This document shows positions 1-9,383 of a DNA stretch of 64,000 nucleotides, piece after piece (position 1 is the stretch's first letter; every line of letters begins with the position of its first letter). The DNA is taken from positions 3,752 to 67,751 of the forward strand of contig JAFYME010000075.1 of assembly GCA_017556765.1 (NCBI GenBank), in the 5' to 3' direction. The DNA is from Bacteroidales bacterium (GTDB taxonomy: Bacteria > Bacteroidota > Bacteroidia > Bacteroidales > UBA932). The notes below the pieces were generated by a model. That model had not been told where the DNA came from. It ran no database searches and saw only the letters and a program-made list of their open reading frames with translations. The translations under genes were made by a program, and so were the position numbers.

Positions 1-47
1 TTTTGTATATTGCTGATTGTCAGGCGATTGCTCGCCAGCACTATTTG

Positions 48-998
48 CTAGTTTGCGAGGAGGGAGACGGTCTGCTCGACGGTCAGGGCGTTTTCTATGC
101 GGAATATGCCGCTGCGGCTGCGCTGGAGCGAGTCCAGATGCGCGCCGCTGCCGAGAGCTTCACCGAGGTCGCGGGCGAATGCACGTACATATGTGCCTTT
201 GCTGCAGGCCATCCTTATCTCGGCACGTGGAAGCCCGAGGGCAGAGTTGTCTGTCACATTGATTCTGCTGGACGCATCTGAAGTCTTTTCGGATGCCACC
301 TCCTCGGGCATGGTGGTTTTGAAAACCGTGCTACCCCCCTGGCCGCAGGGGGTGGGGCCCGCGCCTATGGCGTGGGAGGGGTTGTTTTCAAAACCATCCA
401 TGTCAGAGGATGCTTCTTCAAACTTCATCAGCTCCAGCTCGGTGATGTTGATCCTTGATGTCCTGATGAGCTCCTGGGCCGCCTCGTCCAGAGTCTTGCC
501 CTCCTTGTGGAGCTTGCGGGCAAGTTCGTATGCTCGTACCCCGTCCACGGACTTTGCGGAGAAAAGCGGCGCTACCTGATCCTGCTCACCGATGAAGGAC
601 GGAAGAACTTCTGTCACAGCTTCTGCGGTGATATGCTCATATGGAAAGAACCTGTCGATGTCCTTCTCGAGGTCATAGGAAGGGGTTGTCGCTCCGAATG
701 TCACACCTGCGATATATTCCTTGTGATGTGACTGGAGCCATTCGGCGAGCTTTGTGGCCTTTCCGATGCATACGAGCAGGATTCCGGTCGCAAGCGGGTC
801 CAATGTTCCTGCATGGCCGACCTTGAGGTTCTTCTTGCCGAAATGACGGATAGCGGCGTACTTGACCTTTCTGATCACGTCCGCCGATGTCCATCTGTAT
901 GGTTTGTTTATGGGGATGATTATCCCCTCCGGATAGTCTTCAATGTTTCTTGAGATGAAGTCGTCTTCCGGAGTAAGGATCTTTGCGCTTATTTCCAT
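48..998 (-). CDS. truB: tRNA pseudouridine(55) synthase TruB, with an in-frame insertion of about 55-60 aa
   Basis: KVGHAGTLDPLATG catalytic motif, KEY, SAKSVDGVRAYELAR and CSKGTYVRAFARDLG motifs. Confidence 0.96.
   Translation of the reverse strand: MEISAKILTPEDDFISRNIEDYPEGIIIPINKPYRWTSADVIRKVKYAAIRHFGKKNLKVGHAGTLDPLATGILLVCIGKATKLAEWLQSHHKEYIAGVTFGATTPSYDLEKDIDRFFPYEHITAEAVTEVLPSFIGEQDQVAPLFSAKSVDGVRAYELARKLHKEGKTLDEAAQELIRTSRINITELELMKFEEASSDMDGFENNPSHAIGAGPTPCGQGGSTVFKTTMPEEVASEKTSDASSRINVTDNSALGLPRAEIRMACSKGTYVRAFARDLGEALGSGAHLDSLQRSRSGIFRIENALTVEQTVSLLAN
301..410. repeat. Palindromic element, copy A, inside the truB coding sequence
   Basis: Arms TCCTCGGGCATGGTGGTTTTGAAAAC (301-326) and GTTTTCAAAACCATCCATGTCAGAGGA (384-410) are near-complementary; two internal GC-rich hairpins; core resembles the copies at 28213 and 51608. 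Confidence 0.85.
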
Positions 999-1007
999 CT
1001 GTAATGA

Positions 1008-1445
1008 TTATTTGCAGCAGCAGGTCATCTTGTCGATGCGGGTCTGGTGACGTCCGCCCTCGAACTCCTCTGTGAGCCATGCATCTGTGATCTCCACAAC
1101 TGTCTCGTATGAGATGAATCTTGCAGGCATTACAAGTACATTGGCGTTGTTGTGCTGCTTGATGAGCTTGCCGATCTCAGGAGTCCAGCAGAGGCCTGCG
1201 CGGATGCCCTGGTGCTTGTTGAGGGTGATGCCGATGCCGTTTCCAGTGCCGCAGAATGCGATTCCGAGGTCTACCTTACCTGACTCTACTGCCTCAGCGA
1301 GAGGATGAGCTACGTCCGGATAGTCCATGCTGTCGGTAGTGTCTGTACCGAAGTTCACCATTTCATAACCCTTGCCGGTAAGATACTCAACCAGCTTGTT
1401 CTTGTACTCCACTCCTGCGTGGTCGTTGCAGATTCCGATTTTCAT
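1008..1445 (-). CDS. rpiB: Ribose-5-phosphate isomerase B
   Basis: MKIGICNDHAG, DYPD, CGTGNG, QHNNANVL and FEGGRH motifs; start moved to ATG 1445. Confidence 0.95.
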   Translation of the reverse strand: MKIGICNDHAGVEYKNKLVEYLTGKGYEMVNFGTDTTDSMDYPDVAHPLAEAVESGKVDLGIAFCGTGNGIGITLNKHQGIRAGLCWTPEIGKLIKQHNNANVLVMPARFISYETVVEITDAWLTEEFEGGRHQTRIDKMTCCCK

Positions 1446-1585
1446 ATTGTTTGATATATAAAGATTTATCGACTCGTTTTGCTTGCTCGAAAAGACAGCT
1501 GCATCTTCCTTCAAGCATATAATGAGTGCAAATTTACGTTTATGGAATTAAAATTAAAATTATATTTGTGGAAATCTTGTCAATC

Positions 1586-2710
1586 ATGCATAAAGTTGTC
1601 GTGGCTTCGGATTCATTCAAGGGCTGCCTGTCTTCATGGCAGGTTGCGGATGCTGTAGAAAAAGGGATCCATGATGCTATGCCGGGCTGCGATGTCGTTA
1701 AGCTTGCGGTAGCGGACGGAGGCGAAGGAAGCATGGAGGCGCTCATGACGACATTGGGAGGCAAGCCGGTGAGGCTCATGGTCAGCGATCCGCTTGGAAG
1801 GCCTGTTGAGGCCGAATATGCCTTGATTGACGGCTCGACTGCGGTCATAGAGATGGCCAGGACGAGCGGCCTTACCCTTCTTGCTCCGGAAGAAAGGAAT
1901 CCTCTCCTTGCGTCCACATACGGCACAGGCCAGCTGATAGCGGATGCATTGGACAAGGGATGCCGCAGGTTCATGATATGCATTGGGGGAAGCGCCACAA
2001 ACGATGCCGGCACAGGCATGCTGGAGGCATTGGGATACAGGTTCATGGATTCTGCAGGAAACATTCTGAAAGGGTGTGGAGAAGCCTTGGGCCGGATATC
2101 TTCAATAGATTGTTCCAATGTCCATCCCGCTCTGAGTGAATCGGAATTCATTGTCGCCTGCGACGTCGATTCGCCTTTCTGCGGACCTGATGGGGCGGCG
2201 TATGTCTATGGACCTCAAAAGGGAGCGAGCCCGGAAATGGTCGAGCAGCTTGACAGGGGCATGAGACATTTTGCCCGGATAATATTTCAGATTACTGGAG
2301 TTGACGTGACAGATATGCCTGGCGCCGGAGCCGCTGGAGGTCTTGGAGGAGCATTGAAGGCATTCTTGAAGGCAGAGATAAGCAGGGGAGCGGACATGGT
2401 CCTTGATGCTGTCCATTTTGAAGATGCCATAAAAGATGCAGATCTCGTAATTACCGGCGAAGGACGTATCGACAGCCAGACTCTTACAGGAAAGCTTCCG
2501 TATGTTGTGGCCCGAAGAGCTGCTTTGCAGAACATCCCGGTCGTAGCCTTATGCGGATGTTCGGAAGTGGATAGCCTCCCTGTATTTCTTTCCATACATC
2601 CAATTTCTCCTGTGAATATGCCGCTCTCCTCAGCGATGGAGCCTGACATCGCATCAATGAACATTATGGATACGGTCAGAAGAATTTCTGTGTGGAGCGT
2701 AAATTATTGA
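1586..2710 (+). CDS. glxK: Glycerate kinase (GlxK/GarK family)
   Basis: ASDSFKGCL, ADGGEGS, GGSATNDAGTGM, YGPQKGA, GAGAAGGLG and ITGEGRID motifs; start at ATG 1586, downstream of TATATTTG (1561-1568). Confidence 0.93.
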   Translation: MHKVVVASDSFKGCLSSWQVADAVEKGIHDAMPGCDVVKLAVADGGEGSMEALMTTLGGKPVRLMVSDPLGRPVEAEYALIDGSTAVIEMARTSGLTLLAPEERNPLLASTYGTGQLIADALDKGCRRFMICIGGSATNDAGTGMLEALGYRFMDSAGNILKGCGEALGRISSIDCSNVHPALSESEFIVACDVDSPFCGPDGAAYVYGPQKGASPEMVEQLDRGMRHFARIIFQITGVDVTDMPGAGAAGGLGGALKAFLKAEISRGADMVLDAVHFEDAIKDADLVITGEGRIDSQTLTGKLPYVVARRAALQNIPVVALCGCSEVDSLPVFLSIHPISPVNMPLSSAMEPDIASMNIMDTVRRISVWSVNY

Positions 2711-2720
2711 ATTATAGTGG

Positions 2721-2768
2721 ATTAAACAGATATTGGTGGGCAAAATAACCCACCAATATCTGTTTAAT
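2721..2768. terminator. Perfect 20-bp inverted repeat between convergent glxK and gltX, probable bidirectional terminator
   Basis: ATTAAACAGATATTGGTGGG-caaaataa-CCCACCAATATCTGTTTAAT. Confidence 0.65.
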
Positions 2769-2801
2769 ATGTTGATTTTCAGGGCGTTGTGCCCCACGCT
2801 T

Positions 2802-4436
2802 TTAGCAAAGCTTGCTCTTGATATAGTCGATTCTCTTTGAGAACTCCTTCTTGCCGATGAGGGTAACGATGTCAGCGATGCCAAGACCGTTCGAGCCACC
2901 GACCATGGCCAGGCGGAGGCAGTTCATCACCTTACCCATAGGCCACTCGTTACCACGGATGTACTCCTCAAGCGGTCCCTCGAGTGATTCCTTTGTGAAC
3001 TCTCCCTCGAAGCCGAGGATGAAGTCCGCAACCTGAAGCGCGAGAGTGTAGTTCTCCTCTTTCCAGAACTTGGCAGCATCCTTCTCCACGAACTCTACAG
3101 GAGCGACGAAGAGGTATGGGGCGATATCCCAGAAGTCAGCAACGAATGTGGCTCTCTCCTGGATCAGAGCTACGATTCTCTCCACATACTGGCGTGAGAA
3201 GATCTTGTTCTCGAAGTCGGCTCCTGAAGGAGTCATCTCAGATCCGGCTGTGAGCGCGCATGCTGGGCAGTCTACGATCTTGAAGCCCTTTTCCTCGAGC
3301 ATAGGGATATAGAGGTCAGTAAGCTCACTGACGCTCTTTGTGCGGAGGTACTCCTTGTTGTACCACTTTGCCTTGTCAGCGTTGAAACGTGCTCCTGACT
3401 TCACGACTCTCTCGAGCGAGAACGCTGCAACGAGCTCCTCAAGCGAGAAGATCTCCTGATCGTTACCTGGGTTCCATCCGAGCATTGCGAGAAGGTTCAC
3501 GAATGCCTCAGGGAAGTAGCCGTCCTCACGGTATCCGCGTGATACCTCACCCTCTGCATTGACCCACTTGAGCGGGAATACAGGGAAGCCGAGGCGGTCT
3601 CCGTCGCGCTTGCTGAGCTTGCCCTTTCCGTCCGGCTTCAGAAGAAGCGAAAGGTGAGCGAAGCGTGGCTGTGTCTCTGTCCATCCGAATGCCTCATAAA
3701 GAAGGTAGTGGAGAGGAAGCGAAGGAAGCCACTCCTCGCCGCGGATTACCTCAGTGATCTCCATGAGGTGGTCGTCCACGATGTTGGCGAGGTGGTATGT
3801 AGGAAGCTCGTCAGCCCTCTTCCAGAGCACCTTGTCATCGAGTGTGTCTGTGTTTACCTCTACATGTCCGCGGATGAGGTCATCCATCTTCACGACCCTG
3901 TTCTCAGGCATCTTGAAGCGGATAGTCCAGTCTGTGCGGGTCTCGAGGAGCTCCTTCCACTCTGCCTCAGGCATTGAAAGGGAGTTGCGAAGACCAAGAC
4001 GTGTTGTCTGGTTGTAGATGAATGTCTGGCCGTTTGCCTCCATCTCGGCACGCTTTGCGCCAAGCTCTTCAGCTGTGTCGAATGCATAGTATGCATATCC
4101 TCCGGCAACGAGCTGCTCGGCATACTGGCGGTAGATAGGCTTTCTCTGGCTCTGTCTGTAAGGTGCATGCGGATGACGCTCTGAAGCGGTCTCCACAACG
4201 TTTCCTGCAGCATCCACTCCCTCGTCAGGAACAATGCCGCACCAGTTCAGCGCCTCGATGATATATTTTTCTGCTCCAGGGACAAATCTCTGAGAGTCAG
4301 TGTCTTCAATCCTTATGATGAAGTCTCCTCCACGCTGCTTTGCGAAGAGATAATTGTAAAGTGCGGTCCTTACACCACCCATGTGGAGAGGACCTGTTGG
4401 AGAAGGGGCAAATCTAACCCTTGTCTTGCGTTCCAT
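2802..4436 (-). CDS. gltX: Glutamate--tRNA ligase
   Basis: RVRFAPSPTGPLHMGG (HIGH-like), RIEDTD, IRGEEW and KLSKR (KMSKS-like) motifs. Confidence 0.97.
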   Translation of the reverse strand: MERKTRVRFAPSPTGPLHMGGVRTALYNYLFAKQRGGDFIIRIEDTDSQRFVPGAEKYIIEALNWCGIVPDEGVDAAGNVVETASERHPHAPYRQSQRKPIYRQYAEQLVAGGYAYYAFDTAEELGAKRAEMEANGQTFIYNQTTRLGLRNSLSMPEAEWKELLETRTDWTIRFKMPENRVVKMDDLIRGHVEVNTDTLDDKVLWKRADELPTYHLANIVDDHLMEITEVIRGEEWLPSLPLHYLLYEAFGWTETQPRFAHLSLLLKPDGKGKLSKRDGDRLGFPVFPLKWVNAEGEVSRGYREDGYFPEAFVNLLAMLGWNPGNDQEIFSLEELVAAFSLERVVKSGARFNADKAKWYNKEYLRTKSVSELTDLYIPMLEEKGFKIVDCPACALTAGSEMTPSGADFENKIFSRQYVERIVALIQERATFVADFWDIAPYLFVAPVEFVEKDAAKFWKEENYTLALQVADFILGFEGEFTKESLEGPLEEYIRGNEWPMGKVMNCLRLAMVGGSNGLGIADIVTLIGKKEFSKRIDYIKSKLC

Positions 4437-4458
4437 AATCTTCAGTTTTAATCGGGCG

Positions 4459-4466
4459 CAAAAATA
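4459..4466 (-). promoter_or_regulatory. Bacteroidetes -7 promoter box for gltX
   Basis: TATTTTTG matches TAnnTTTG, about 23 nt upstream of the start codon. Confidence 0.6.
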
Positions 4467-4476
4467 ATAAAAATTT

Positions 4477-5736
4477 CTATTCCTTGTTTCTTCCTGCTAT
4501 TCTCTTGATTGCAGGAGTGTTCTCAAGCTCGCTCTTATCCTCGCCTTCGCTTATAAGAAGAGCCGGCTTGCGGCCTTCCTCAAAGGCGATTCTCTTCCTG
4601 ATTGCGGTATGGTTGTAGCCGATCTTCTGGCTTCTTACCTCAGGAAGTTCGATGCCATCTTCCGTCGCGCCTTCATTCTTCCTGTATGTGAAGTTGCTGT
4701 CGATGGAAATGATGTTTCCCATGTTACCTTCGGTGATCTCGATGATGCGGGCCATCTTGAAGCCGGTTGCGATCACAGTGATGCTTACCTTGTCTCCGAA
4801 ATCCGGATCATGGTCAAGCACGATACCTCTCTTGAAGTTGTTGGCGTTGCCGGTGTATTCCTTGATCAGCTTGTCGATCTCCTCAAGCTGACTCATCTGG
4901 AGTCCATCGGCATTGTCTCCGACGGTGATGTTGATAAGTACGTTCTTTGCTGTCTTGATGTCGAAGTCATTCAGGAGAGGGGAGTCCATAGCCTGCTTCA
5001 CTGCATTCTGGATCCTGTTCTTGCCAGAACCGGTTCCGCAGCCCATCAGGGCCATGCCGCTGTTTGTCATCATTGCCTTCACGTCCTTGAAGTCCACATT
5101 GATGAAACCTCCCTTCTTGATGATGTCGGTAATGCCCTTCACAGCTGTTGCGAGCACCTCGTCAGCCTTAGGGAACGCGTCCTGGATGAGGAGGTCACCG
5201 TATTCCTTGTAGATCTTCTCGTTGTTGATGATAATGAGGCTGTCTACATTCTTCTCAAGCTCGTTGATGCCGTCGATAGCCTTTGACATCGACTCGTTAC
5301 CCTCGCTCTTGAACGGAATTGTCACGACTCCTACGGTGAGGATGCCCTTCTTCTTGGCCATTGCAGCGATCACCGGAGCTGCTCCTGTTCCTGTTCCACC
5401 GCCCATTCCGGCAGTGATGAAGAGCATCTCTGTCTTGCTGTTTATGACCTTCTCCGCGATCTCCTCCTGTGAGTTCAGTGCTGCATTTCGGCCTTCTGTA
5501 GGGTTACAGCCTGCTCCAAGTCCTTCGCCGAGCTGGATCTTGACAGGAACGTCGCAGGCGTTGAGGGCCTGTGCGTCGGTGTTGCACACGATGAAGGTAC
5601 ATCCTTCGATGTGCTGATGGTACATGTAGTTGACTGCGTTGCAGCCTCCGCCGCCGACTCCGATCACCTTGATTATCGAATTCTCAGGTACCCAGTCGGT
5701 AGGGACGATATCGTTAGTATCTATAAAATCAGTCAT
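4477..5736 (-). CDS. ftsZ: Cell division protein FtsZ
   Basis: IKVIGVGGGGCNAV, GMGGGTGTG tubulin signature, INVDFKDV. Confidence 0.98.
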   Translation of the reverse strand: MTDFIDTNDIVPTDWVPENSIIKVIGVGGGGCNAVNYMYHQHIEGCTFIVCNTDAQALNACDVPVKIQLGEGLGAGCNPTEGRNAALNSQEEIAEKVINSKTEMLFITAGMGGGTGTGAAPVIAAMAKKKGILTVGVVTIPFKSEGNESMSKAIDGINELEKNVDSLIIINNEKIYKEYGDLLIQDAFPKADEVLATAVKGITDIIKKGGFINVDFKDVKAMMTNSGMALMGCGTGSGKNRIQNAVKQAMDSPLLNDFDIKTAKNVLINITVGDNADGLQMSQLEEIDKLIKEYTGNANNFKRGIVLDHDPDFGDKVSITVIATGFKMARIIEITEGNMGNIISIDSNFTYRKNEGATEDGIELPEVRSQKIGYNHTAIRKRIAFEEGRKPALLISEGEDKSELENTPAIKRIAGRNKE

Positions 5737-5757
5737 TGCTTTATCTCTTGTCGGTTA

Positions 5758-7239
5758 TCAGACTTCTTCCTCGCTTATCTCATCAAGAAGCTTTCCGGTC
5801 TTTTCCTTAGCTTCTTCTGTCACTTTCTTCGCCTTGGTCCAGAGTACATTGAAGATGCTCTTCTTCTGCTTCTTTTCTGGGATCACCTTCTCTATCTGCT
5901 CGTCTGCGAAAAGTTCTCCTTCTGCAGGCTCCGATTCCGGTTCACGCTCCTGCGGGATTTCCGGCTCAGTTATGGTCCAGATGTTGCCTTCCTCAGGATT
6001 TTCATCTGCTGTTTCAATGACGAGACCTTCGCAGTTGCCTTCATTTCTAGGAACTGCGCAGTTCACGATGCACTGCTCTTCCTTCGCCGCCATGATCAAG
6101 CCAAGAGAAGTGGCGGCCGTGGTATCCTTGATTCCGTCGCATCCGCTTACTGAAATGCGTGCCTGAGGATATCCTGTCCTTACTCTGTATCCGGAAAGTT
6201 CGTAGATGAAGCTTCCGAGATTGGCTGTCTGAGCGCATCCTCCTGTGATCACGATTCCGCTGCGGAGCATGTCTGCAAATCCGCTTTCATTGATCTCATA
6301 AAGCATTGCCATCATGATCTCCTCGATGCGGGCTGTGATGATCTCTGAAAGGTATTTTACAGTGACCTGTTTGTCCGGCTCAGCATTGTTGCTTCTGATA
6401 TGGAGCACCTTCTCGCTGAGGCTCTGGAGCTTCTCCGGCATACATGCGCCGTATGCGAGCTTTATGTTCTCCGCAAGTCTCTCGGAGATCTGGCACTCGC
6501 TCTTGATGTCGTCGGTGATGTTCTTTCCGCCGAAAGGAATCGAAGCATAATGACGCATGATGTTTCCGTGGTAGATGGTCACAGATGTACTTCCGCCACC
6601 GAAATCGATCAATGCGACTCCGTTCTCCATCTCCGCCTCGGTAAGTACCGCCTTCGCTGTTGTCTCTGCGGTGAAGTACTTCTTGCATGCGGAAACGTTG
6701 GTCTTCTTCATGACCTTGTCGATCTTGTTGAGGTCGCTCTTCTTGCCGATGAAGATCTTGAAATGTCCCTCGAGCGTGTCGCTGGCCATACCGATGATGT
6801 CGTTCTCGATGATCTGGAAATTCTCTCCGTCAGAGAATGACTGGGCTACAGCGCCGTAGATCGCCTCTTTTGCAGGATCCTCGAGAGGGTATGAATCTTC
6901 CGCATAGCTCTTCATCTCTGCTATGTCCTCTCCGGTGATGTCTTTGTCTTCGCCTCTGTCCTTGACGAGGGCGCTGTTGCTTTCCTGACGTACCGGATAT
7001 TTAGGCATTCCGATCACAGCCTGTGTGATCTTCAGGTCAAGAGCCTCTTCGGCATCACGTATGATCCTGGCAAGCGGGTCAGTCACGTGCATGATGTTGT
7101 ACACGCTGCTGTACTTTATGCCGGCTGACGCGATTTCCTTGTAGTATATGATCTGAGCATCCTCACCATTCACTTTCGCAACGGTAAGGGCGATCTTGGA
7201 GGTACCCAGATCAATGGCCACTATGTTCTTTTCTTCCAT
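5758..7239 (-). CDS. ftsA: Cell division protein FtsA
   Basis: AIDLGTSKI, LIDFGGGST and VITGG actin-like motifs; directly upstream of ftsZ. Confidence 0.95.
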   Translation of the reverse strand: MEEKNIVAIDLGTSKIALTVAKVNGEDAQIIYYKEIASAGIKYSSVYNIMHVTDPLARIIRDAEEALDLKITQAVIGMPKYPVRQESNSALVKDRGEDKDITGEDIAEMKSYAEDSYPLEDPAKEAIYGAVAQSFSDGENFQIIENDIIGMASDTLEGHFKIFIGKKSDLNKIDKVMKKTNVSACKKYFTAETTAKAVLTEAEMENGVALIDFGGGSTSVTIYHGNIMRHYASIPFGGKNITDDIKSECQISERLAENIKLAYGACMPEKLQSLSEKVLHIRSNNAEPDKQVTVKYLSEIITARIEEIMMAMLYEINESGFADMLRSGIVITGGCAQTANLGSFIYELSGYRVRTGYPQARISVSGCDGIKDTTAATSLGLIMAAKEEQCIVNCAVPRNEGNCEGLVIETADENPEEGNIWTITEPEIPQEREPESEPAEGELFADEQIEKVIPEKKQKKSIFNVLWTKAKKVTEEAKEKTGKLLDEISEEEV

Positions 7240-7268
7240 GATATCTTTTCTTTTCTTATTTCAATCGG

Positions 7269-8048
7269 TTATCTGCAGACGATCTGTCCGTCATATTCGA
7301 GATTTACCACGCTGTATTCCTTCTCTCCTTTGGCGGGAACGACAGCTGTGTAGTATTTCTCCATCTTGCGGAACTTCTCATGGATTTCATCTGGCTGCCC
7401 GAAATGGAACCTCTCGGTGCCTTCTCGGGGAACCATGATCAGTTCGCCTTCGTCGCAGACTGTTATCTGTACGATCTTGTCCTTCCATGTACGTCTGTTC
7501 TCCATGTAGTTGACCAGGTCAATCACCTTTTCCAGCCATGCCCTTTCCTTTTCGTCTGTAATCTCTCCCTTGTAGCCGCTGTTGGCCTTCAAAGGTATCT
7601 CTCCGTCGATTACCTGCACTCTGGATGCATAGCTGCTCTGGAGAGGGAAGAGGAAGCCCTCCGCATCGGCATAGAAGCCTCCGTCGCTCTTCTGGAACCT
7701 GACTACCGGAGTCCTTTGCGTCACCTTGACATTAAGCATTCCGTCTCTTGTCGTATATGCCTCGCTCTTGTTCACGGCGCTTCTGCCGTCAATGATCTTC
7801 TCTACCTTCGCAAGGTCGATGCTGTCAAGAGGCATTCCGACGTATTCGCCATATTCCTTGTCCAGGAACTTCTTCACATCGGCCTTGGACACGAACCTGT
7901 TCATGCTGCTGTCCGCTATGACAACGTTCAGACCGGTACATTTCAACGGCGCGCGGCATGATACGCCGCTCATGTATGCCACTACAAGGCATGCGGCGAG
8001 CAGCGCTCCGGAAACTCCGTTTATTATATGTCTTACAGTCTTTGACAT
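7269..8048 (-). CDS. ftsQ: Cell division protein FtsQ (Bacteroidetes type)
   Basis: Single N-terminal TM segment, VTQRTPVVR, C-terminal NLEYDGQIVC; located between murC and ftsA. Confidence 0.85.
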   Translation of the reverse strand: MSKTVRHIINGVSGALLAACLVVAYMSGVSCRAPLKCTGLNVVIADSSMNRFVSKADVKKFLDKEYGEYVGMPLDSIDLAKVEKIIDGRSAVNKSEAYTTRDGMLNVKVTQRTPVVRFQKSDGGFYADAEGFLFPLQSSYASRVQVIDGEIPLKANSGYKGEITDEKERAWLEKVIDLVNYMENRRTWKDKIVQITVCDEGELIMVPREGTERFHFGQPDEIHEKFRKMEKYYTAVVPAKGEKEYSVVNLEYDGQIVCR

Positions 8049-9382
8049 AACATTTCTGTGATAGGTCCTATGAATCTGTCGATGTTTCCTGCTCCGAATG
8101 TGATGAGCGTGTCAATCGGTTCGTCCTTGAGGTAGTCCATCAGCTCCTCCTTCACCATGATCACCTTTTCAGGTGCGGTGACCTTGTCGAAGATGATCTC
8201 GGAAGTGACTCCCGGAATCGGCTCTTCTCGCGCAGGGTAGATGTCCAGCATTATCAGCTTGTCTACATTGCTGAGAGCCTGAGCGAACTCGTCGGCAAAG
8301 TCCCTTGTCCTCGTGTAGAGGTGCGGCTGGAATATTGCCGTGAGCTTCCTTCCCTGGAAGATGTCCCTCATCGAACTGATCGCAGCTGCGATTTCCTTCG
8401 GATGGTGCGCGTAATCGTCTATGTATGAACATGCAGGCGTGTTTACATGGATGTCGAAGCGTCTCTTCACGCCCTGGAATGTACCGAGCGCATGCCTTAC
8501 CTTTTCAGGCTCGAGGCCGTATGTGAGGGCGATCGCAGATGCAGCAACGGCATTCTCTACATTGATCCAGCCCGGGATTCCGACCTTGCAGTCCTCGATC
8601 ACTCCGCCGGGGTGGTTGAGCTTGAATGTGAAGTAGCCGCATTCGTCGACCTTGATTTCGCTTGCGTAAAAGTCTGCGGCCGGGTCGTCGTATGAATACC
8701 TGAGGATATTCGCTTTTGTGTCTTCCGATGTCACAGGAAGGCCGATCTTTGTGATCACCGTGCCGCTTACCTGTCCGGCAAATGCCTTGAAGGCTTCGTG
8801 CATGTTCTTTATGTCGGAATAGATGTCGAGGTGGTCGGCATCCATTGATGTAATCACTGCGATCTCCGGGAACAGCTGCAGGAATGACCTGTCGAACTCG
8901 TCCGCTTCCGCTACGATGGTCTCGTTTCGGCTTACAAGCAGATTAGTGTCATAGTTCTTCGAGATACCTCCGAGGAAAGCTGAACATCCTTCTTCGCTGT
9001 CCTGGAAAATGTGGGCCAGAAGCGTGCTGGTGGTCGTTTTGCCGTGTGTTCCGGCTACTGCGAGACATCTCTGTCCTTCAGCGATTTCGCCAAGCATGCG
9101 CGAACGCTTGATGACCCTGTATCCATGCTCCTGTACATATACAAGCTCTCCCATGTCCTTAGGGATCGCAGGAGTATAGACCACCAAAGTGTCTTCTACA
9201 TCCTTCGGGATGAAGTCGATGTTGTCCTCGTAATGCACCTCAATGCCCTCAGACTCAAGGGCATGAGTCAGCTCAGAAGGTGTCTTGTCGTATCCGCTTA
9301 CCTTCAGTCCCTTGAAATTGTAGTATCGCGCTATGGCGCTCATGCCGATACCGCCGATTCCTATGAAATATATGTTCTTCAT
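8033..9382 (-). CDS. murC: UDP-N-acetylmuramate--L-alanine ligase
   Basis: YFIGIGGIGMSA, GTHGKTTT, EADEFDRSF, DDYAHHP and FQPHLYTRT motifs. Confidence 0.97.
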   Translation of the reverse strand: MKNIYFIGIGGIGMSAIARYYNFKGLKVSGYDKTPSELTHALESEGIEVHYEDNIDFIPKDVEDTLVVYTPAIPKDMGELVYVQEHGYRVIKRSRMLGEIAEGQRCLAVAGTHGKTTTSTLLAHIFQDSEEGCSAFLGGISKNYDTNLLVSRNETIVAEADEFDRSFLQLFPEIAVITSMDADHLDIYSDIKNMHEAFKAFAGQVSGTVITKIGLPVTSEDTKANILRYSYDDPAADFYASEIKVDECGYFTFKLNHPGGVIEDCKVGIPGWINVENAVAASAIALTYGLEPEKVRHALGTFQGVKRRFDIHVNTPACSYIDDYAHHPKEIAAAISSMRDIFQGRKLTAIFQPHLYTRTRDFADEFAQALSNVDKLIMLDIYPAREEPIPGVTSEIIFDKVTAPEKVIMVKEELMDYLKDEPIDTLITFGAGNIDRFIGPITEMLCQRL

Positions 9383-9383
9383 C

